64,000 nucleotides of DNA from the IMG/VR virus record IMGVR_UViG_2839610755_000002. One strand, 5' to 3'. Under the pieces are notes generated by a model. It was not told where the DNA came from. It searched no databases and was given only the letters and a program-made list of their open reading frames with translations. This stretch comes from a virus. Lineage: Duplodnaviria > Heunggongvirae > Uroviricota > Caudoviricetes. Shown piece after piece: positions 12,619 to 23,098 of this stretch; the stretch's first letter is position 1, and every line of letters starts with the position of its first letter. Made by a program: the position numbers and the translations under genes.

Positions 12619-13179
12619 TTAGTGCATGATGTTTGCCATCTCATAGGCGTCAGCCAGTAACTCCATCTCTGACTTGTTCAGCAGGGTGAATTCTTTCTTG
12701 CCTCCAACCACACCATCGGCATGAACAGGGACCAGCCAGGGGTATTTTGCTCTTACTTCAGCCGGTGCTGCATGCTGGTGGTGCCATCTACAAAGTGGCA
12801 ATTGCTTTTTATGACAACCCGGCGCGGTACGACCGGCGATATGGTGCAGAGACACCTCATTAGATATTACTCCATGCATATAGCAGGCAATGCAGGGGAG
12901 AGCGCCAAGAGCATTGGCGATGCGCCGTTCCTCCGCCGTTGGTGTTCTCCCCTTCAAGCCACGAGATTTTATTTTTACCGCGCTTTTCCGCGTTTTGCTA
13001 GCTGGTGGGCGCTCTTTCTGTTTAGCGATACGGCGGTCGATAGTATCCCGCATTTTCTGATATTGAAATTCTCGCCAGACCGGATCAGCCAACTTCTCCC
13101 GTTGCCGAGCGATCGCTCGTTCTCTGGCTGCCTTCTGCCACTTGCGGCACTGTTCAATTTTTTGTTCGATTGTTTTCAT
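12619..13179 (-). CDS. ref: Ref, HNH-type recombination enhancement endonuclease
   Basis: 186 aa with Cys/His-rich HNH-like core (CIACYMH...HH...CRWHH); size and position match P1 Ref (recalled). Confidence 0.8.
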   Translation of the reverse strand: MKTIEQKIEQCRKWQKAARERAIARQREKLADPVWREFQYQKMRDTIDRRIAKQKERPPASKTRKSAVKIKSRGLKGRTPTAEERRIANALGALPCIACYMHGVISNEVSLHHIAGRTAPGCHKKQLPLCRWHHQHAAPAEVRAKYPWLVPVHADGVVGGKKEFTLLNKSEMELLADAYEMANIMH

Positions 13180-13278
13180 ATGGTCAAAAAAAAGGCGGCC
13201 TAATGGCCGCCAATGATGTCAAGGAGTGAAGTAATGGCAACGTCTTCGTAGTTGACAAAAACTGCGGCTCAATTATAT

Positions 13279-13295
13279 CAATTAATTAGAGCAAT
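13279..13295. promoter_or_regulatory. C1 operator-like site upstream of ref
   Basis: ATTAATTAGAGCAAT matches the reverse complement of the recalled C1 operator consensus ATTGCTCTAATAAATTT. Confidence 0.55.
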
Positions 13296-13426
13296 GATAG
13301 ATATTTTATTTATCGTGAGTCACATTTTTTCACTTCAGTATCTGTCTGCTATACTCCTTCTTGATTGATTGGATGCGGAATACAAACCCGCTCTTTTGTG
13401 CAGCCTGGCTCCTTGCCAGGCTTTTT

Positions 13427-13738
13427 TTATTTCATCATGGAAGCTGTTAATGCTTTGGACCTTGCTGAACTGATTGAAAGGACATTGTTAACCTTACCCA
13501 AGAGTTCGCCAAACTCAGACATCACTTTAGCAAAACCTCGCCGTGCTTCTTCCTCGGTAGCATTCATCACGAAATGTTCAGCACTACGCATACTTTTGAC
13601 AGGAAACGCAACGGATATTGAGTCAATATCAGGCATTCTATCGCTCAGCTTTACAGTGACAATGACGGCTGGCGACTGAATATTAGTGCTTACAGACAGC
13701 ACTACATATTTTCCGTCGATGTTGAAATCCTTTCTCAT
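13427..13738 (-). CDS. Cra-like small protein
   Basis: ORF immediately downstream of cre, preceded by GGTGG; position of P1 cra (recalled). Confidence 0.4.
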   Translation of the reverse strand: MRKDFNIDGKYVVLSVSTNIQSPAVIVTVKLSDRMPDIDSISVAFPVKSMRSAEHFVMNATEEEARRGFAKVMSEFGELLGKVNNVLSISSARSKALTASMMK

Positions 13739-13754
13739 ATGCCACCATAAATAT

Positions 13755-13771
13755 CAAATAATTAGAGCAAT
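13755..13771. promoter_or_regulatory. C1 operator-like site between cre and cra
   Basis: Core ATTAGAGCAAT present with flanking mismatches. Confidence 0.45.
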
Positions 13772-13788
13772 TTATTATACATTGACGG

Positions 13789-14820
13789 CTAATCACCATC
13801 TTCCAGCAGGCGCACCATTGCCCCCGTTTCACTATCCAGATTACGGATATAGTTCATGACAATATTTACGTTGGTCCAGCCACCAGCTTGCATGATCTCC
13901 GGTATTGAAACTCCGGCGCGGGCCATATCTCGCGCGGCTCCGACACGGGCACTGTGTCCAGACCAGGCCAGGTACCTCTGACCAGAGTCATCCTTAGCCC
14001 CGTAAATCAATCGGTGAGTTGCTTCAAAAATCCCTTCCAGGGCGCGAGTTGATAGCTGGCTGGTGGATGATGGCGAGGCAACACCATTTTTTCTGACCCG
14101 GCAAAACAAGTAGTTATTCGGATCATCAGCCACACCAGAGACAGAAATCCATCGCTCGACCAGTTTAGTTACCCCCAGGCTAAGTGCCTTCTCTACACCT
14201 GCGGTGCTAACCAGCGTTTTCGTTCTGCCAATATGGATTAACATTCTCCCACCGTCAGTACGTGAGATATCTTTAACCCTGATCCTGGCAATTTCGGCTA
14301 TACGTAACAGGGTGTTATAAGCAATCCCCAGAAATGCCAGATTACGTATATCCTGGCAGCGATCGCTATTTTCCATGAGTGAACGAACCTGGTCGAAATC
14401 AGTGCGTTCGAACGCTAGTGCCTGTTTTGCACGTTCACCGGCATCAACGTTTTCTTTTCGGATCCGCCGCATGACCAGTGAAACAGCGTTGCTGTCACTT
14501 GGTCGTGGCAGCCCGGACCGCCGATGAAGCATGTTTAGCTGGCCCAAATGTTGCTGGATAGTTTTTACTGCCAGACCGCGCGCCTGAAGATATAGAAGAT
14601 AATCGCGAACATCTTCAGGTTCTGCGGGAAACCATTTCCGGTTATTCAACTTGCACCAAGCCGCCCATGACCGGCAAACGGACAGAAGCATTTTCCAGGT
14701 ATGCTCAGAAAACGCCTGGCGATCCCTGAACATATCCATCAGGTTCTTGCGAACCTCATCACTCGTTGCCTCGACCGGCAATGCAGGCAAATTTTGGTGT
14801 ACGGTCAGTAAATTGGACAT
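13789..14820 (-). CDS. cre: Cre tyrosine recombinase
   Basis: 343 aa, MSNLLTVHQNLPALP...MVRLLEDGD; near-identical to the canonical Cre sequence from memory, with a few substitutions. Confidence 0.97.
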   Translation of the reverse strand: MSNLLTVHQNLPALPVEATSDEVRKNLMDMFRDRQAFSEHTWKMLLSVCRSWAAWCKLNNRKWFPAEPEDVRDYLLYLQARGLAVKTIQQHLGQLNMLHRRSGLPRPSDSNAVSLVMRRIRKENVDAGERAKQALAFERTDFDQVRSLMENSDRCQDIRNLAFLGIAYNTLLRIAEIARIRVKDISRTDGGRMLIHIGRTKTLVSTAGVEKALSLGVTKLVERWISVSGVADDPNNYLFCRVRKNGVASPSSTSQLSTRALEGIFEATHRLIYGAKDDSGQRYLAWSGHSARVGAARDMARAGVSIPEIMQAGGWTNVNIVMNYIRNLDSETGAMVRLLEDGD

Positions 14821-15229
14821 TTGACACTCAGATAATGGTTTTAAGTAAAGTGTACAGGATCGGCTCTGCCTTTACCTGTTTATGATTCTCGTCATAGAAA
14901 CGCCAACGACCGCGACTGCGTTCTATCTTTTCTTCACCGCGCGATAATGACAGTTGACAACTATCACGATCAAACCCTTTTGCCCGCCAGTAACCACGAT
15001 TTTTCTCAAGCTCAAGATGAGTGGACCTTTAGCAGCTGAATATCCCATTTTTCACCTCTGATTGATTGGTGGTGCTAAGTGCGCTACGCGAAATCTGGAG
15101 CACTAACACTGCCAACATTTCGCAGATTTTACGTAGCGCAACCTTGATCAAATGATCACTATTTGACCTGATAAGGTATTGAACTGTATGGATTTACAGG
15201 TAAATTAATCATGTTCAATAACCCTTAAG

Positions 15230-15263
15230 ATAACTTCGTATAATGTATGCTATACGAAGTTAT
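15230..15263. other. loxP: loxP recombination site
   Basis: Exact 34-bp ATAACTTCGTATA-ATGTATGC-TATACGAAGTTAT (13-bp inverted repeats, 8-bp spacer). Confidence 0.97.
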
Positions 15264-15305
15264 CAGATCCGAAGAGGAGTTTACGTCCAGCTGCGCACAA
15301 AAATC

Positions 15306-15322
15306 AAGAATTATTAGAGCAA
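15306..15322. promoter_or_regulatory. C1 operator-like site (Op99 region)
   Basis: GAATTATTAGAGCAAT, reverse-orientation match to the consensus. Confidence 0.55.
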
Positions 15323-15383
15323 TAAATTTAGAGAGAAAAATCCCACTCCACCAGCTAAAAACTGGATTGTTTTTCATAGTTGT

Positions 15384-15410
15384 TTGACAATTGCTCTAAT
15401 AAATTATAGT
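15384..15410 (+). promoter_or_regulatory. C1 operator (ATTGCTCTAATAAATTA) overlapping a promoter-like -35 TTGACA / -10 TATAGT
   Basis: 16/17 match to the consensus immediately after a TTGACA hexamer, upstream of coi/c1. Confidence 0.6.
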
Positions 15411-15644
15411 TTTGCCGTCGTTACGTAATACGACTTTGGATTCACTATTTAATGTGTCTTCAGCGTTGTAGAGCGGCTCAGAAGGAAATGAGCAAACAGG
15501 GAAACCTTATACAACGGCATTACAGCTATGCATTGCTCATCTTACACACAGCGCAATGTTGTTAGATTACCCCAGCATGGATCATGGGTGAAACAGTAGG
15601 TCAGAGCTTCAGGCTCTGTGTTGTCAATACAGTGAGGCATAATT

Positions 15645-15854
15645 ATGGCTTTCATTCAACCAACCATCGACGACGTTAGACATTGCTCTAACGCTTTATC
15701 TGTAGACCCTGCCGAAACCGACGCTGCCCGCGCCATTGCTGAACACTACTCAAAGATATCCAATCAGGAGTACCGCATCACCCAAGACGACCTGGATGAC
15801 CTCACTGACACAATCGAATATCTCATGGCAACTAACCAGTTAGACTCACAATAA
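15645..15854 (+). CDS. coi: Coi, C1 inactivator
   Basis: 69-aa ORF directly upstream of c1; size and position as P1 Coi (recalled). Confidence 0.75.
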   Translation: MAFIQPTIDDVRHCSNALSVDPAETDAARAIAEHYSKISNQEYRITQDDLDDLTDTIEYLMATNQLDSQ

Positions 15855-15870
15855 ATGCACTAATAAATCT
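15854..15870. promoter_or_regulatory. weak operator-like site AATGCACTAATAAATCT between coi and c1
   Basis: 14/17 match to the C1 operator consensus; carries the TGCACTAAT variant core. Confidence 0.35.
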
Positions 15871-15964
15871 ATTATTTTTGTTTGATCCCTCTATAATATA
15901 GGTCAGTAATGACCGGTTTTCTCAGCCGGGCGTTATTGACCATGTCAATTCTGGAGGAGGATCA

Positions 15965-16816
15965 ATGATAAATTATGTCTACGGCGAACAACTGTACCAG
16001 GAGTTCGTCAGCTTCAGGGATCTCTTTCTAAAAAAAGCTGTTGCACGCGCCCAACACGTTGATACAGCCAGCGACGGTCGTCCTGTACGCCCGGTTGTCG
16101 TTCTACCGTTCAAAGAAACTGACAGCATTCAGGCTGAAATTGATAAATGGACTTTAATGGCGCGGGAACTGGAACAGTACCCAGACCTCAATATCCCAAA
16201 GACTATTTTATATCCAGTGCCTAACATCCTTCGCGGTGTGCGTAAGGTTACAACTTATCAGACAGAAGCTGTGAACAGCGTCAACATGACCGCTGGCCGC
16301 ATTATTCATCTGATTGATAAGGACATTCGCATCCAAAAAAGCGCGGGGATCAATGAGCACAGTGCGAAATACATAGAGAACCTGGAAGCAACAAAAGAGC
16401 TAATGAAGCAGTACCCGGAGGATGAAAAATTCCGTATGCGCGTACACGGCTTTAGCGAAACAATGCTGCGCGTCCACTACATTTCCAGTAGCCCTAACTA
16501 CAATGATGGTAAATCAGTTAGTTACCATGTGCCACTGTGTGGCGTGTTTATCTGCGATGAAACTCTCCGTGATGGAATTATCATCAACGGTGAATTCGAA
16601 AAAGCAAAATTTAGCCTTTATGACTCCATAGAACCGATCATCTGCGACCGCTGGCCGCAAGCAAAAATATATCGCCTGGCAGATATTGAAAATGTAAAAA
16701 AACAAATTGCCATCACTCGCGAAGAGAAAAAGGTTAAGTCAGCCGCATCAGTTACGCGCAGCCGTAAAACCAAGAAGGGGCAGCCAGTAAACGACACCCC
16801 CGAAAGCGCGCAATAA
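15965..16816 (+). CDS. c1: C1 master repressor of lysogeny
   Basis: 283 aa, MINYVYGEQLYQEFVSF...; matches the recalled P1 C1 sequence and length. Confidence 0.9.
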   Translation: MINYVYGEQLYQEFVSFRDLFLKKAVARAQHVDTASDGRPVRPVVVLPFKETDSIQAEIDKWTLMARELEQYPDLNIPKTILYPVPNILRGVRKVTTYQTEAVNSVNMTAGRIIHLIDKDIRIQKSAGINEHSAKYIENLEATKELMKQYPEDEKFRMRVHGFSETMLRVHYISSSPNYNDGKSVSYHVPLCGVFICDETLRDGIIINGEFEKAKFSLYDSIEPIICDRWPQAKIYRLADIENVKKQIAITREEKKVKSAASVTRSRKTKKGQPVNDTPESAQ

Positions 16817-16821
16817 ATTAT

Positions 16822-16846
16822 GCCCGGCATCAACCGGGCATTCTTC
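16822..16846. terminator. stem-loop GCCCGG-catcaa-CCGGGC after c1
   Basis: Inverted repeat immediately after the c1 stop; the same hairpin recurs at 45243..45268. Confidence 0.4.
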
Positions 16847-16848
16847 CA

Positions 16849-17966
16849 TTATTCAGCTGCCACCGGTTTTAACAAGCCAGCATCGAGCAGTTTACGCGTC
16901 AACCACTGCTGGCCTTTACCCGTTAATTGAGGCGTCAACCGTATCTGGTAGCCATCTTCATCATCCAGCACCACTTCTTTCACCGTGAAATACCCCGCGT
17001 TGATGTACTGCTGGAACGGCACATTTTTACGTCCACCGGACGCTATCAGGATGCCGTTCTCCCGTAACCAGACAAACAGCGCGTTTTGCTTAAGTCCAAC
17101 AACCTTTGCAAAATTCCCAATCAGGATCCCTTTAGCTACTGATACCCGGTCGGCAAAATCGACTTTAGGAGCGGCGGCCACCAGCTGCTGATTTAGCTGG
17201 TGGGCTTTCTGTTCCAGAAGTTGCTTTTGTTCAGCCAGTTCGGCAGCCAGGCGTAGGGCTTCAGGAAGCGTCTGGGGGATTGCGATCGGTTGCTGTTCTT
17301 TTTGTCGGAAGTAGCTGTCTTCCAGTTTTTCAAAGAATGCCCATGCCTGATCGGTTTCGAGCATTTTAGCGTGGCGGGCTGCGCCGCGTTCTGTCCAGAG
17401 GGGAGTGAGCGAACATTGCGAGCAATTTTTACAGAGTAGTTTAAAGCTACTCTGTGCTTCAACTCGCGCAATGATTCTCCTTCAACTTTGAAAAAGTGCT
17501 TCCCTTCAACAAAGCGTACTTTGTTCTCATGATGATTTTGGCGAATACGGATTGTTTCTGTCCCATACCCTCTAGCAAGAGTCTCGGTTGTCACTACACG
17601 CACTCCCTGCCATTCCAGAACGGGAATTTCATCAGACTGATTCTGAACAACCACCAGCTCCGATTCCTGAACTGAAGGTGCATGAATTTTTTCTGATTTA
17701 ACGTTAGTTGCTTTCATTCTGTGTGCCTCCTTGCGTGCTTCGGCTGCGACGGTTGCGTAATTCAGATGACCCTGTTCGAGCAGGTATTCGCGGATATCAG
17801 ACAACAGGATACGGTGAACCGCGTTCTTGTCCTTTCTCCGGTAAAGTTGTTTGGTGATCATGAAGTAGTTGGCAATAACGCCTGGTATATCCCTGGTACT
17901 GATACAGGCAGTGTGCTGTTCAATTGCCTCGATCATCTCTTCACGGGTGACTAATGACGTTCTCAT
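16849..17966 (-). pseudogene. antirepressor-like gene, copy A (shared N-terminus, ORF6N/Rha-like middle, KilAC-like C-terminus), split across two frames
   Basis: Track ORFs 17193..17966 and 16849..17364 overlap in different frames. C-terminal part has the KilAC-like motif NVPFQQYINAGYF; first 77 aa are near-identical to the 45268..46302 protein. Confidence 0.5.
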
Positions 17967-18184
17967 AGTCCCTCCTGAGCAGAAGCGTTAACAGGGAGGC
18001 ACCAGTAACTGAGAGAATTGCGTGAATCAGTGGAAAAACGGGCAGAGAAAATACATGGGGCGTCAGGAAGCTGAGAGCGGGCCTCATCTTCTGTTGGTGC
18101 AATAACGAAGTGATAGTGACGTTTTTGGCAGGAGTAAAAGCGCCAGATAAATTCAGGATGAGTTGGGGTAGGGATAGTAGCCAT
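17963..18184 (-). CDS. Icd-like small protein, copy A
   Basis: 73-aa ORF (MATIPTPTHPEFIWRFYSC...) with AGGAGG upstream; overlaps the antirepressor start by 4 nt (ATGA). Arrangement and size resemble P1 icd-ant (recalled). Confidence 0.5.
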   Translation of the reverse strand: MATIPTPTHPEFIWRFYSCQKRHYHFVIAPTEDEARSQLPDAPCIFSARFSTDSRNSLSYWCLPVNASAQEGL

Positions 18185-18502
18185 ATTGGCAGCCTCCTTA
18201 GACGTTGGTATGTAACCACCGCAGAAGAGACCAATCTTGCTGGCGGTGGACTGTACGGAGTTGGCCTTACTGGCGTCCAAGGTAACCAGCCTACCCGAAG
18301 GTAGCCCCATACAGCCCACCATTGTAGAGGTGTGCGTGTACGCCGATACAAAAAAAGACGCGAGCGGCGTCTGTATCGCCTTAGACTTAAGCGGGAGGCC
18401 AATCCCGGCACCCGTTTTAATGAGGTGCCTGATAAGCATAAACCGAAAATGCCTCAAGGCGCAAGAGGTCAGGTTCAATGTAACATCGGTAGCTAAAAAA
18501 CA

Positions 18503-18519
18503 CAATTTATTAGAGCAAA
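18503..18519. promoter_or_regulatory. C1 operator-like site upstream of icd/ant-like module A
   Basis: CAATTTATTAGAGCAAA, 15/17 match in reverse orientation. Confidence 0.55.
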
Positions 18520-18522
18520 TAT

Positions 18523-20007
18523 TCATTCATTAAGCCATGCCAGAGCTTCATCAACCTGCGCTTCGTCTTCGACGCTAAGCACTTCATCCTGGGGAACATA
18601 ATCAGCCAGCATAGCGAAACAATATGTATCCCAATGGTCTGGTGAGTGCAGGTTGAGTTTTTTCTTCATATCCTCCTTACTCATCACTTTCCATTGACCT
18701 GCGGAGTTAATCCCTACAGGGATTTTCGACGCTTCCTCAATAGTTTCATTACCCTTATCCAGTCTCATACGACCAGATTTTACGGCCTCTGCGGCTTGAA
18801 CGTTGGCATAAGCACGTTTATCAAAGTACAGGCTCTTATCTTCACGGCTATGCATCTTTTTACCCCAGCGTATACGCTGTACGGTAATACCATAATACTC
18901 GTACATCAGATCCGCCGTTGCTTTACCCAGGCCATCGCCGTCTATCGCTATGGTGATATTTGGGAATCGCTCAGGATTACATTCTGCGAAAATTTTGGCG
19001 GCAAGCTGCGTTTCTGTAACGTCTGTGTATTCCAGCATTCGATAGTTGATTACACGGCGTTTATTTCGCTGGCCGGACACCATCATGATATTGATAACGG
19101 ACTTATCCCGTCCCGTACCACCAGCAACGTCCACACATGCAAGCCAGCCCCATCCTTTTGCAATCTTGACTTTCCGCCGCGTTGCACGTTCAACCTCATC
19201 ACGTCCAAGAAGGAAGCCATCCTGTGATTTAGGGAATAGGCCGCGTACCTTAATCATGTACATAGGGTTATCGCGCCCGCCGTACTCCGCCAGCTTCATT
19301 TTGATAAATGCTGGCGTTACCAGCGGTGATTCCTCACTGTTAAGCGTGATCGCCGTATAAACGCCATCAGGGTTACCAGGACGCTTGGCCAGTTTATGGT
19401 GAGTATCGTAGAAATAGCCGCTTGGGCGTGTAGGCTGTGACAGTAATAAGATGCGGTTATCCTGTCCGGTAAGAGCACCGGTGATGATACCGAAAGCTCT
19501 ATCACTGACACCGGAGGCTTCATCGATAATATACAGAAGATGATCTGCGTGTTCACCGGCGAGAGCTTCTTCACTTCCCAGACGAAAGCCCTTCGGTACT
19601 ACAGTCCATACACCTTTACCAGTAACCTCATAGAAAGCGGTTTCTGTCAGAACAAAATAATCAGCAAGCCATGGGAAACGGCTGGTGGCAGTAGCCCAGT
19701 TTATCTTGATGTACTTGAATATACCGGTCATTACCTGCTGAATTTTGTTCGCAACGATAATGGCTCGGGCACCGGGATACATGATTATGAACAACATGAT
19801 CATGATAGAAGTCATGTCTGATTTCCCGGTACCGTGACCAGACGAAACAGATGTCTTGCTACCCTGTTCCTGCACAGACTCAATAATCAGATCCTGCTGC
19901 CAGGTAGGTGTTTTGCCGAACAAAACATCAGCGGCCGCAATCCAGTCATAACGATATAGCGCCACCAGCTCGCGCCAACGTGGATCCGTTACGCAACTTC
20001 TGGCCAT
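18523..20007 (-). CDS. pacB: terminase large subunit PacB
   Basis: 494 aa with a Walker A-like [10 protein letters not shown]; adjacent to pacA. Confidence 0.8.
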   Translation of the reverse strand: MARSCVTDPRWRELVALYRYDWIAAADVLFGKTPTWQQDLIIESVQEQGSKTSVSSGHGTGKSDMTSIMIMLFIIMYPGARAIIVANKIQQVMTGIFKYIKINWATATSRFPWLADYFVLTETAFYEVTGKGVWTVVPKGFRLGSEEALAGEHADHLLYIIDEASGVSDRAFGIITGALTGQDNRILLLSQPTRPSGYFYDTHHKLAKRPGNPDGVYTAITLNSEESPLVTPAFIKMKLAEYGGRDNPMYMIKVRGLFPKSQDGFLLGRDEVERATRRKVKIAKGWGWLACVDVAGGTGRDKSVINIMMVSGQRNKRRVINYRMLEYTDVTETQLAAKIFAECNPERFPNITIAIDGDGLGKATADLMYEYYGITVQRIRWGKKMHSREDKSLYFDKRAYANVQAAEAVKSGRMRLDKGNETIEEASKIPVGINSAGQWKVMSKEDMKKKLNLHSPDHWDTYCFAMLADYVPQDEVLSVEDEAQVDEALAWLNE

Positions 20008-21200
20008 TAATCATCATCCCCGTATAGCTTGCGGGTAACTTCTTCGTCTTCCTCCTCGTCTTCGTCCAGGTCTTGTTCCAGCCATGGGTCGTTTGATGCA
20101 CCTTCAGTATCAACATCTCCATAACCGCCTGTATCAACGATATCGGCGATTTCTTCCCTACGCTGCTCAATCCACAATGCGGCATCCGCGCGGCGGTTGG
20201 CGGCCCGTTCTCGCGCAACTTTGTCCAGATCTTCAAGAGAAGGGCCACCGACGGCTGTTTGCCTTTCCTCATCATCGGTATTGGTCTTAGGAGCACGCAG
20301 ATCGGCTTTGATTTGCTCCAGCATCAGGGGCGGCACTTTCCCGCCATGCGCCTCGATGAATTCAGCTGCTTCCAGCACTGACCAGTTATTTTCACGCTTT
20401 CGTTCGTATGCCAGCTTAACAATGCCAGCTTGCCCCATAGATAAAGCGTGCTTTTCCGCCTCCCGGCTTTCTTTTCGATAGTTATTCCGGATGCTGTAAA
20501 TGGTGTTGATCAGGCTGCTTATCTGCGCGGAACAGCTGTTTAGCATGCTCGCGATACGATATTCAGGCGGAGTCCCTTCATCATCGTCTTTTTGCTGATC
20601 GCGCATTTCCTGCACCAGACGAATACACGTATCCCTGGCGTTCTCCAGCATAAGGAGATGAGAAAGAGACTTTTCCAGAAGAGTGGTTTCCAGAACATCG
20701 GCCCCGGACCGACGCAACATAGCGCGCGCGGCCTTCCGCGCTTCAACGTTATCTATCAGGTAATCGCCAGCTTCGAATTCAAAGCGTTCACCATCATCAT
20801 CCAGGGTGTCGCGTTCCAGGCGATCACGTAAGGTCCGGTGGGCGCGGGTGATCACGTCATGATCATCAGAACGATCATTTATGCGCTTATTTTGGCGCTT
20901 CGCATTCTCGACTGCGGCACTGACAACGGCATTAACCCTTTGTTTTTCCGCTATTTCAGCCGCAATGTGATTACCTGCATGTTGATCATTAGAGTGATCA
21001 ATGATCATGCTTTTTAGTGGCTTCCTGACTGGCTTATTTGGCTTGCGGCTGTCCGCTGTCCTGGTGTCTTCTTTGAAGGCACGGAGATAACGACGTGCAG
21101 TATTAGGGTTAAGATTAAACTCGGCGGCATACTGTGCGATGGTGTAACCACCATCTCGCGCCAGGCGAGCAAAATTCTTCTTGTGATCGTCCCAGGTCAC
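20007..21200 (-). CDS. pacA: terminase small subunit PacA (contains pac)
   Basis: 397 aa with acidic C-terminus; contains clustered TGATCA hexamers typical of the P1 pac site. Confidence 0.8.
   Translation of the reverse strand: MTWDDHKKNFARLARDGGYTIAQYAAEFNLNPNTARRYLRAFKEDTRTADSRKPNKPVRKPLKSMIIDHSNDQHAGNHIAAEIAEKQRVNAVVSAAVENAKRQNKRINDRSDDHDVITRAHRTLRDRLERDTLDDDGERFEFEAGDYLIDNVEARKAARAMLRRSGADVLETTLLEKSLSHLLMLENARDTCIRLVQEMRDQQKDDDEGTPPEYRIASMLNSCSAQISSLINTIYSIRNNYRKESREAEKHALSMGQAGIVKLAYERKRENNWSVLEAAEFIEAHGGKVPPLMLEQIKADLRAPKTNTDDEERQTAVGGPSLEDLDKVARERAANRRADAALWIEQRREEIADIVDTGGYGDVDTEGASNDPWLEQDLDEDEEEDEEVTRKLYGDDD
20849..21008. other. pac: pac packaging site (two clusters of GATC-containing TGATCA/G hexamers)
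   Basis: TGATCAC/TGATCA/CGATCA at about 20849-20877 and three TGATCA at about 20984-21008, roughly 110 bp apart within the 5' part of pacA. Confidence 0.75.
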
Positions 21201-21285
21201 TTATGCTTCCTTTCGTAAAAACTCTTTTTGACGCGAGGGTAACGAAAGTCACATGTCAAAAGGCCCGGAACGGGCAAGCAATCAA

Positions 21286-21738
21286 TCAGATACGTGCGGA
21301 TGTGGCATTACCGTAATGACGGTGCTGACGGGCCACCTTATTGAAAAGTTGACGCGCCATTACCCAAGGCTGGTGCTCCCGGCGTTCCTTTTCGTCCTGC
21401 GTCATATAGAGTTCGTTCTGGAGTTTTTCATCAAACCGGCGCGGAGCGCGGCTACGGCGAAAGAATTCAGGATTCAGAGAGTGGATCTGAAATCTACGTG
21501 GGCGTGTACTGTCATCAATCAAAACAGACGAATACTTAGACACAGCGATAGCCTTTAAGCGCAGATAAACATCGCGCTTATCGACATCCAGATGCGGGTA
21601 TTCCTTTTCAAGAATTGCTGCGAGTTCTTTCGCTGATAGAAGAGATTTAGTGCGGATCATGTAATCCGCAATCTCGTACGATGTTATTCGTGAGTGATTT
21701 ATTTCCATGAAGTGGCGTCCCTGCCAGTTAAGTAACAT
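21286..21738 (-). CDS. lpa: Lpa, late promoter activator
   Basis: 150-aa ORF immediately upstream of pacA with an operator-like site upstream; position as P1 lpa (recalled). Confidence 0.6.
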   Translation of the reverse strand: MLLNWQGRHFMEINHSRITSYEIADYMIRTKSLLSAKELAAILEKEYPHLDVDKRDVYLRLKAIAVSKYSSVLIDDSTRPRRFQIHSLNPEFFRRSRAPRRFDEKLQNELYMTQDEKERREHQPWVMARQLFNKVARQHRHYGNATSARI

Positions 21739-21808
21739 CCTGTCACCTACTGATTAGCCCATGTCAACTAATCAACGTGGAATATAATACCCTCGATTAA
21801 AGAAATAG

Positions 21809-21825
21809 CAATACATTAGAGCAAT
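21809..21825. promoter_or_regulatory. C1 operator-like site upstream of lpa
   Basis: CAATACATTAGAGCAAT, 14/17 match in reverse orientation. Confidence 0.5.
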
Positions 21826-21826
21826 T

Positions 21827-22870
21827 TTATCTAACGCTCGACGAGTGACTTGTGATAGCGCCGACTCCAAGCGCGTAATCAAAGAACAATCGTTGATGCA
21901 TCGCCAGCCTGCCGTGCGTCTTCTCCCAATTATCGCGGTCACGCTCAATATCACGCTGGCATGACTGGCACAGAGGAATTGCGTAAATGTCATGCGCGCA
22001 TAATCGACTATGACGAACGATATAAGGCGTAATGCGAGCGCCAGCTCCCGCAGCTCCACATCCACAGCACGGACGGGAAGCAACAAAGTCCATGTACTCG
22101 GGTAATTTTAGCGATTGCAGTTTTGGTATTTTGAAATGCGCCATGCCAGGGTCGGAGTCAACATCCACAGGGCATACTTTTGCACGCATCGGCGCGGCGC
22201 GTTCTTCCATCATCTGAACATATGCTGTAGCACGATCGTCGTACGGGCGAATATCCGCCTCTTTCAAAGGTCCGCTATCCTGCGGAGCAGCCTTCATCTT
22301 ATTTATTGATATGCGGCAAACTTCTTCCGGCATCAGGTGCATCATGTTGCGCATGAAAGCCCACCAGCACAGTTCCTGAATACTTAAATCATGGCCATCT
22401 GAAAGCCCCATTTCCTGACGGGCGACATCCAGTATCCAGTTAACGCGATTATTATGCAGCGTTTCTTTCAGCTCATTAAAACCACGCATCCGGTAATGGT
22501 TATCGTGATGCCAGCACAACAACACCGCGCTATTGTCTCGTTCTGCGTGGACAATATGGTTGTCACACCAGCTACGATCTGCGGCCTGGCATTGCCCCTC
22601 TTTCCTGCGCAACCACGCCACCAGCGCGTCAATTCCACCAATACGGCGAAACAGTTCATCGCTGTTAAAAAACGGCTGCAACGCCTCATTTGTTGCCATA
22701 GTTTGCTCGGAAACAACGAGGCCGTCGTCCATGTGCTCGATTAACTCACGCGGCACCGGCTCCATAATAAATTTACGGCCAGCCTCCACCAGCTTTCTGA
22801 CTTCCTGATCCACTTTGAATGTGGCGACGCCAAGCTCTTTTTGTACAAAGGGAGTAATTACGGCTTTCAC
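21827..22870 (-). CDS. PdcB-like protein with Cys/His-rich segments
   Basis: 347-aa ORF between doc/pdcA-like and lpa; contains CWHHDNH and CQSC motifs. Confidence 0.4.
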   Translation of the reverse strand: MKAVITPFVQKELGVATFKVDQEVRKLVEAGRKFIMEPVPRELIEHMDDGLVVSEQTMATNEALQPFFNSDELFRRIGGIDALVAWLRRKEGQCQAADRSWCDNHIVHAERDNSAVLLCWHHDNHYRMRGFNELKETLHNNRVNWILDVARQEMGLSDGHDLSIQELCWWAFMRNMMHLMPEEVCRISINKMKAAPQDSGPLKEADIRPYDDRATAYVQMMEERAAPMRAKVCPVDVDSDPGMAHFKIPKLQSLKLPEYMDFVASRPCCGCGAAGAGARITPYIVRHSRLCAHDIYAIPLCQSCQRDIERDRDNWEKTHGRLAMHQRLFFDYALGVGAITSHSSSVR

Positions 22871-22897
22871 ATCACACCTTTCATCACTGATTGGGCT

Positions 22898-23098
22898 TTA
22901 TCTGCTGCCCGGCATTCTCTGTTTAAGCACAACCATTTCCTGACGGCATAACACAGCAATAGCAGTCCTGGCTCTAATTTGCTTACCAACCAGGTATTGC
23001 TTTACCTCGCGGCGACTCACGCCATCAAGAAGCATCTTTAACGCTTCACGGGACAATTTGTTGTATTTGCGTGCCATTAATCTACTCCGCAGAACCAT
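22898..23098 (-). CDS. PdcA-like small protein
   Basis: Small ORF immediately downstream of doc. Confidence 0.3.

Noticed and set aside
10744-13790. Searched for type III restriction-modification genes (res/mod) expected between mat and lxc in P1
   Set aside because: No ORF of suitable size (about 650 and about 970 aa) or with MTase/helicase motifs is present; the slot is occupied only by the 316-aa PIN-like gene.
17193-17364. Possibility that the two overlapping antirepressor copy A ORFs are separate genes
   Set aside because: The downstream ORF begins mid-domain relative to the intact paralog and the upstream ORF ends in a low-complexity tail; a frameshift within one gene explains both better.
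20849-21008. Clustered GATC/TGATCA repeats inside pacA considered as a possible restriction or regulatory repeat
   Set aside because: The two hexamer clusters about 110 bp apart within the 5' part of the small terminase gene match the organisation of the P1 pac site.
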